NCBI RefSeq assembly: GCF_001194135.2
Contig: NC_069006.1
Location: forward strand, 17,893,800-17,957,799
Reading direction: 5' to 3'
Length of the DNA stretch: 64,000 bases
DNA from: Octopus bimaculoides
Taxonomy: Eukaryota
Part shown: piece after piece, positions 62,836-64,000 of the stretch
Layout of the letters: every line of letters starts with the position of its first letter
Position numbering within the stretch: position 1 is the first letter of the stretch
The notes under the pieces: generated by a model
Seen by the model: only the letters and a program-made list of their open reading frames with translations
Told to the model about the DNA's origin: nothing
Databases searched by the model: none
Position numbers and translations under genes: made by a program

Positions 62836-63589
62836 AGCACGTTGGTCTTCTGTAATGGTTTGTGGTTGTCAGGGGCCAGTTTGTGGAGTAAAGGGTATGT
62901 TAGGTCTCACTTGTAGGTCTTCTCTACAAGTTGTGGTGATGATAATAAAGGGTTTACAGATAAAAATTTCAGGGGTTTTTTTGGTGGAGGTGGGAGTGGG
63001 GTAGTGTTTTGTTTTGTTTTTTTTTTCTTCTGATTAGACTGATTGATTTTGTGATTAAGATTTAATTGTTCTGTGTGGCATGAAGTCGGGAGGTAATTAA
63101 TATTTTTTTGGTTTCTGTGTAGAGAAACCCTTTGAGGTTTTTACAGCAGTAATTCAGAAGAATTACTAACACTAATGACCACTGGGATCTAATTTGACAG
63201 GAACACCCAGTTAAGACGTAGAATTATTGTCTAAAGTCAATTGTCTGTACTAAATCCCATGATATGCTGCTGTCCTCTGTCAGTTTTAATTCATCAGATG
63301 ACATGTAACACTGTTGACCTAACGAGTTAGCACAAGTAATTAGTTAATTGTCAGTGTTGGCTCAGAAGCATGGCTATTATGTTAATTAACTTCCACTCAT
63401 TATCACTGGCTTTAACAAAGCTTACGGCTGTAAAATTGGTTTGGGAGGTTTTGCTGTTGTTGTTTTCACATGAATGTAAATGTAAGATAAATGTTGTTGT
63501 TGTTGTTTAACCCTCGGCCAGTCCTGTGTGAGTAAACCTAAAATCAAAACTATTCCAGCCTTGACCGCTGTTTTAAGGAGTATCTAGGG

Positions 63590-63680
63590 CAGTGATTTTC
63601 AACCAGGGTCCATATGGCCCTTGGGGGTTCATATAAGATTTTTTGTTAAAATTTATGAGAAATGAATTGCTTATACCTCT
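63590..63680 (+). mobile_element. hAT (Charlie-like) element left end
   Basis: atctaggg|CAGTGATTTTCAACCAGGGTCC; TIR start and target context typical of hAT-Charlie. The right end was not identified. Confidence 0.5.
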
Positions 63681-64000
63681 CAGTATTACTACTGCCTTTG
63701 TCGCCAATGTATATCTTTTAACCAGCCAACTAGCTAATTTTAGCATCAGCACCTGTCCTGGTACCACTGTAACTCTTTCTAATCAAGTGATGAGGCATGA
63801 ACATCTGGCCTGGGTTTTAGCCCCATTGGTCTTTCGTTAGCTGAAATATCTCTTCTGTGCATGACACAATTATGGATGATAGCAGTGGTTCGCTATCTGA
63901 CCTGGTAGATCCTGGCACTTGACATTTTGTTGCCCCTCTGTTCATCCATTCAGCTTCTGGTGATATTCATCATTGACTCATTAACTTGGGGGGGGGGGGG

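Noticed and set aside
63123-63150. Next exon after 62054 (acceptor ttttggtttctgtgtAG)
   Set aside because: The in-frame read hits TAA after nine codons and the donors are weak.

Overview
AT-rich, repeat-dense eukaryotic draft-assembly window with 12 N-gaps. The repeat families resemble those I recall from Octopus (coleoid cephalopod); this is an inference, not a database result. Most of the window is decayed mobile DNA: at least four tRNA-headed SINE families, RTE-LINE 3' ends and their (GAT)n-tailed derivatives, restriction-like-endonuclease (RLE) LINE remnants (HERO-like and R4/Dong-like), mariner- and piggyBac-type MITEs, an internally deleted maT/DD37D-like transposon, hAT ends, and many micro- and minisatellites. 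I found no intact transposon ORF, rRNA or CRISPR array. The long ORFs in the track are artefacts of N-gaps or microsatellites. Reading splice signals by eye gives a frame-consistent candidate host gene on the + strand: exons 8388-8467, 52682-52703, 57783-57899 and 62019-62054 join into a 78-codon Ser/Pro-rich N-terminus (MSSTSVCFDQKLLDLKSAISRDVRRFTETNSPQSSIQMTDNSLCHQLEEPQSNGPSGSLSGDRLSDASSPSSTGNGYQ), with possible upstream exons near 1.4-1.66 kb. I cannot name the gene. The most interesting hypotheses are a frame-setting 22-nt microexon bracketed by SINE copies that could pair in mutually exclusive ways, two near-perfect intronic hairpins, and an (AAT)n-associated SINE array next to Dong-like RLE remnants.
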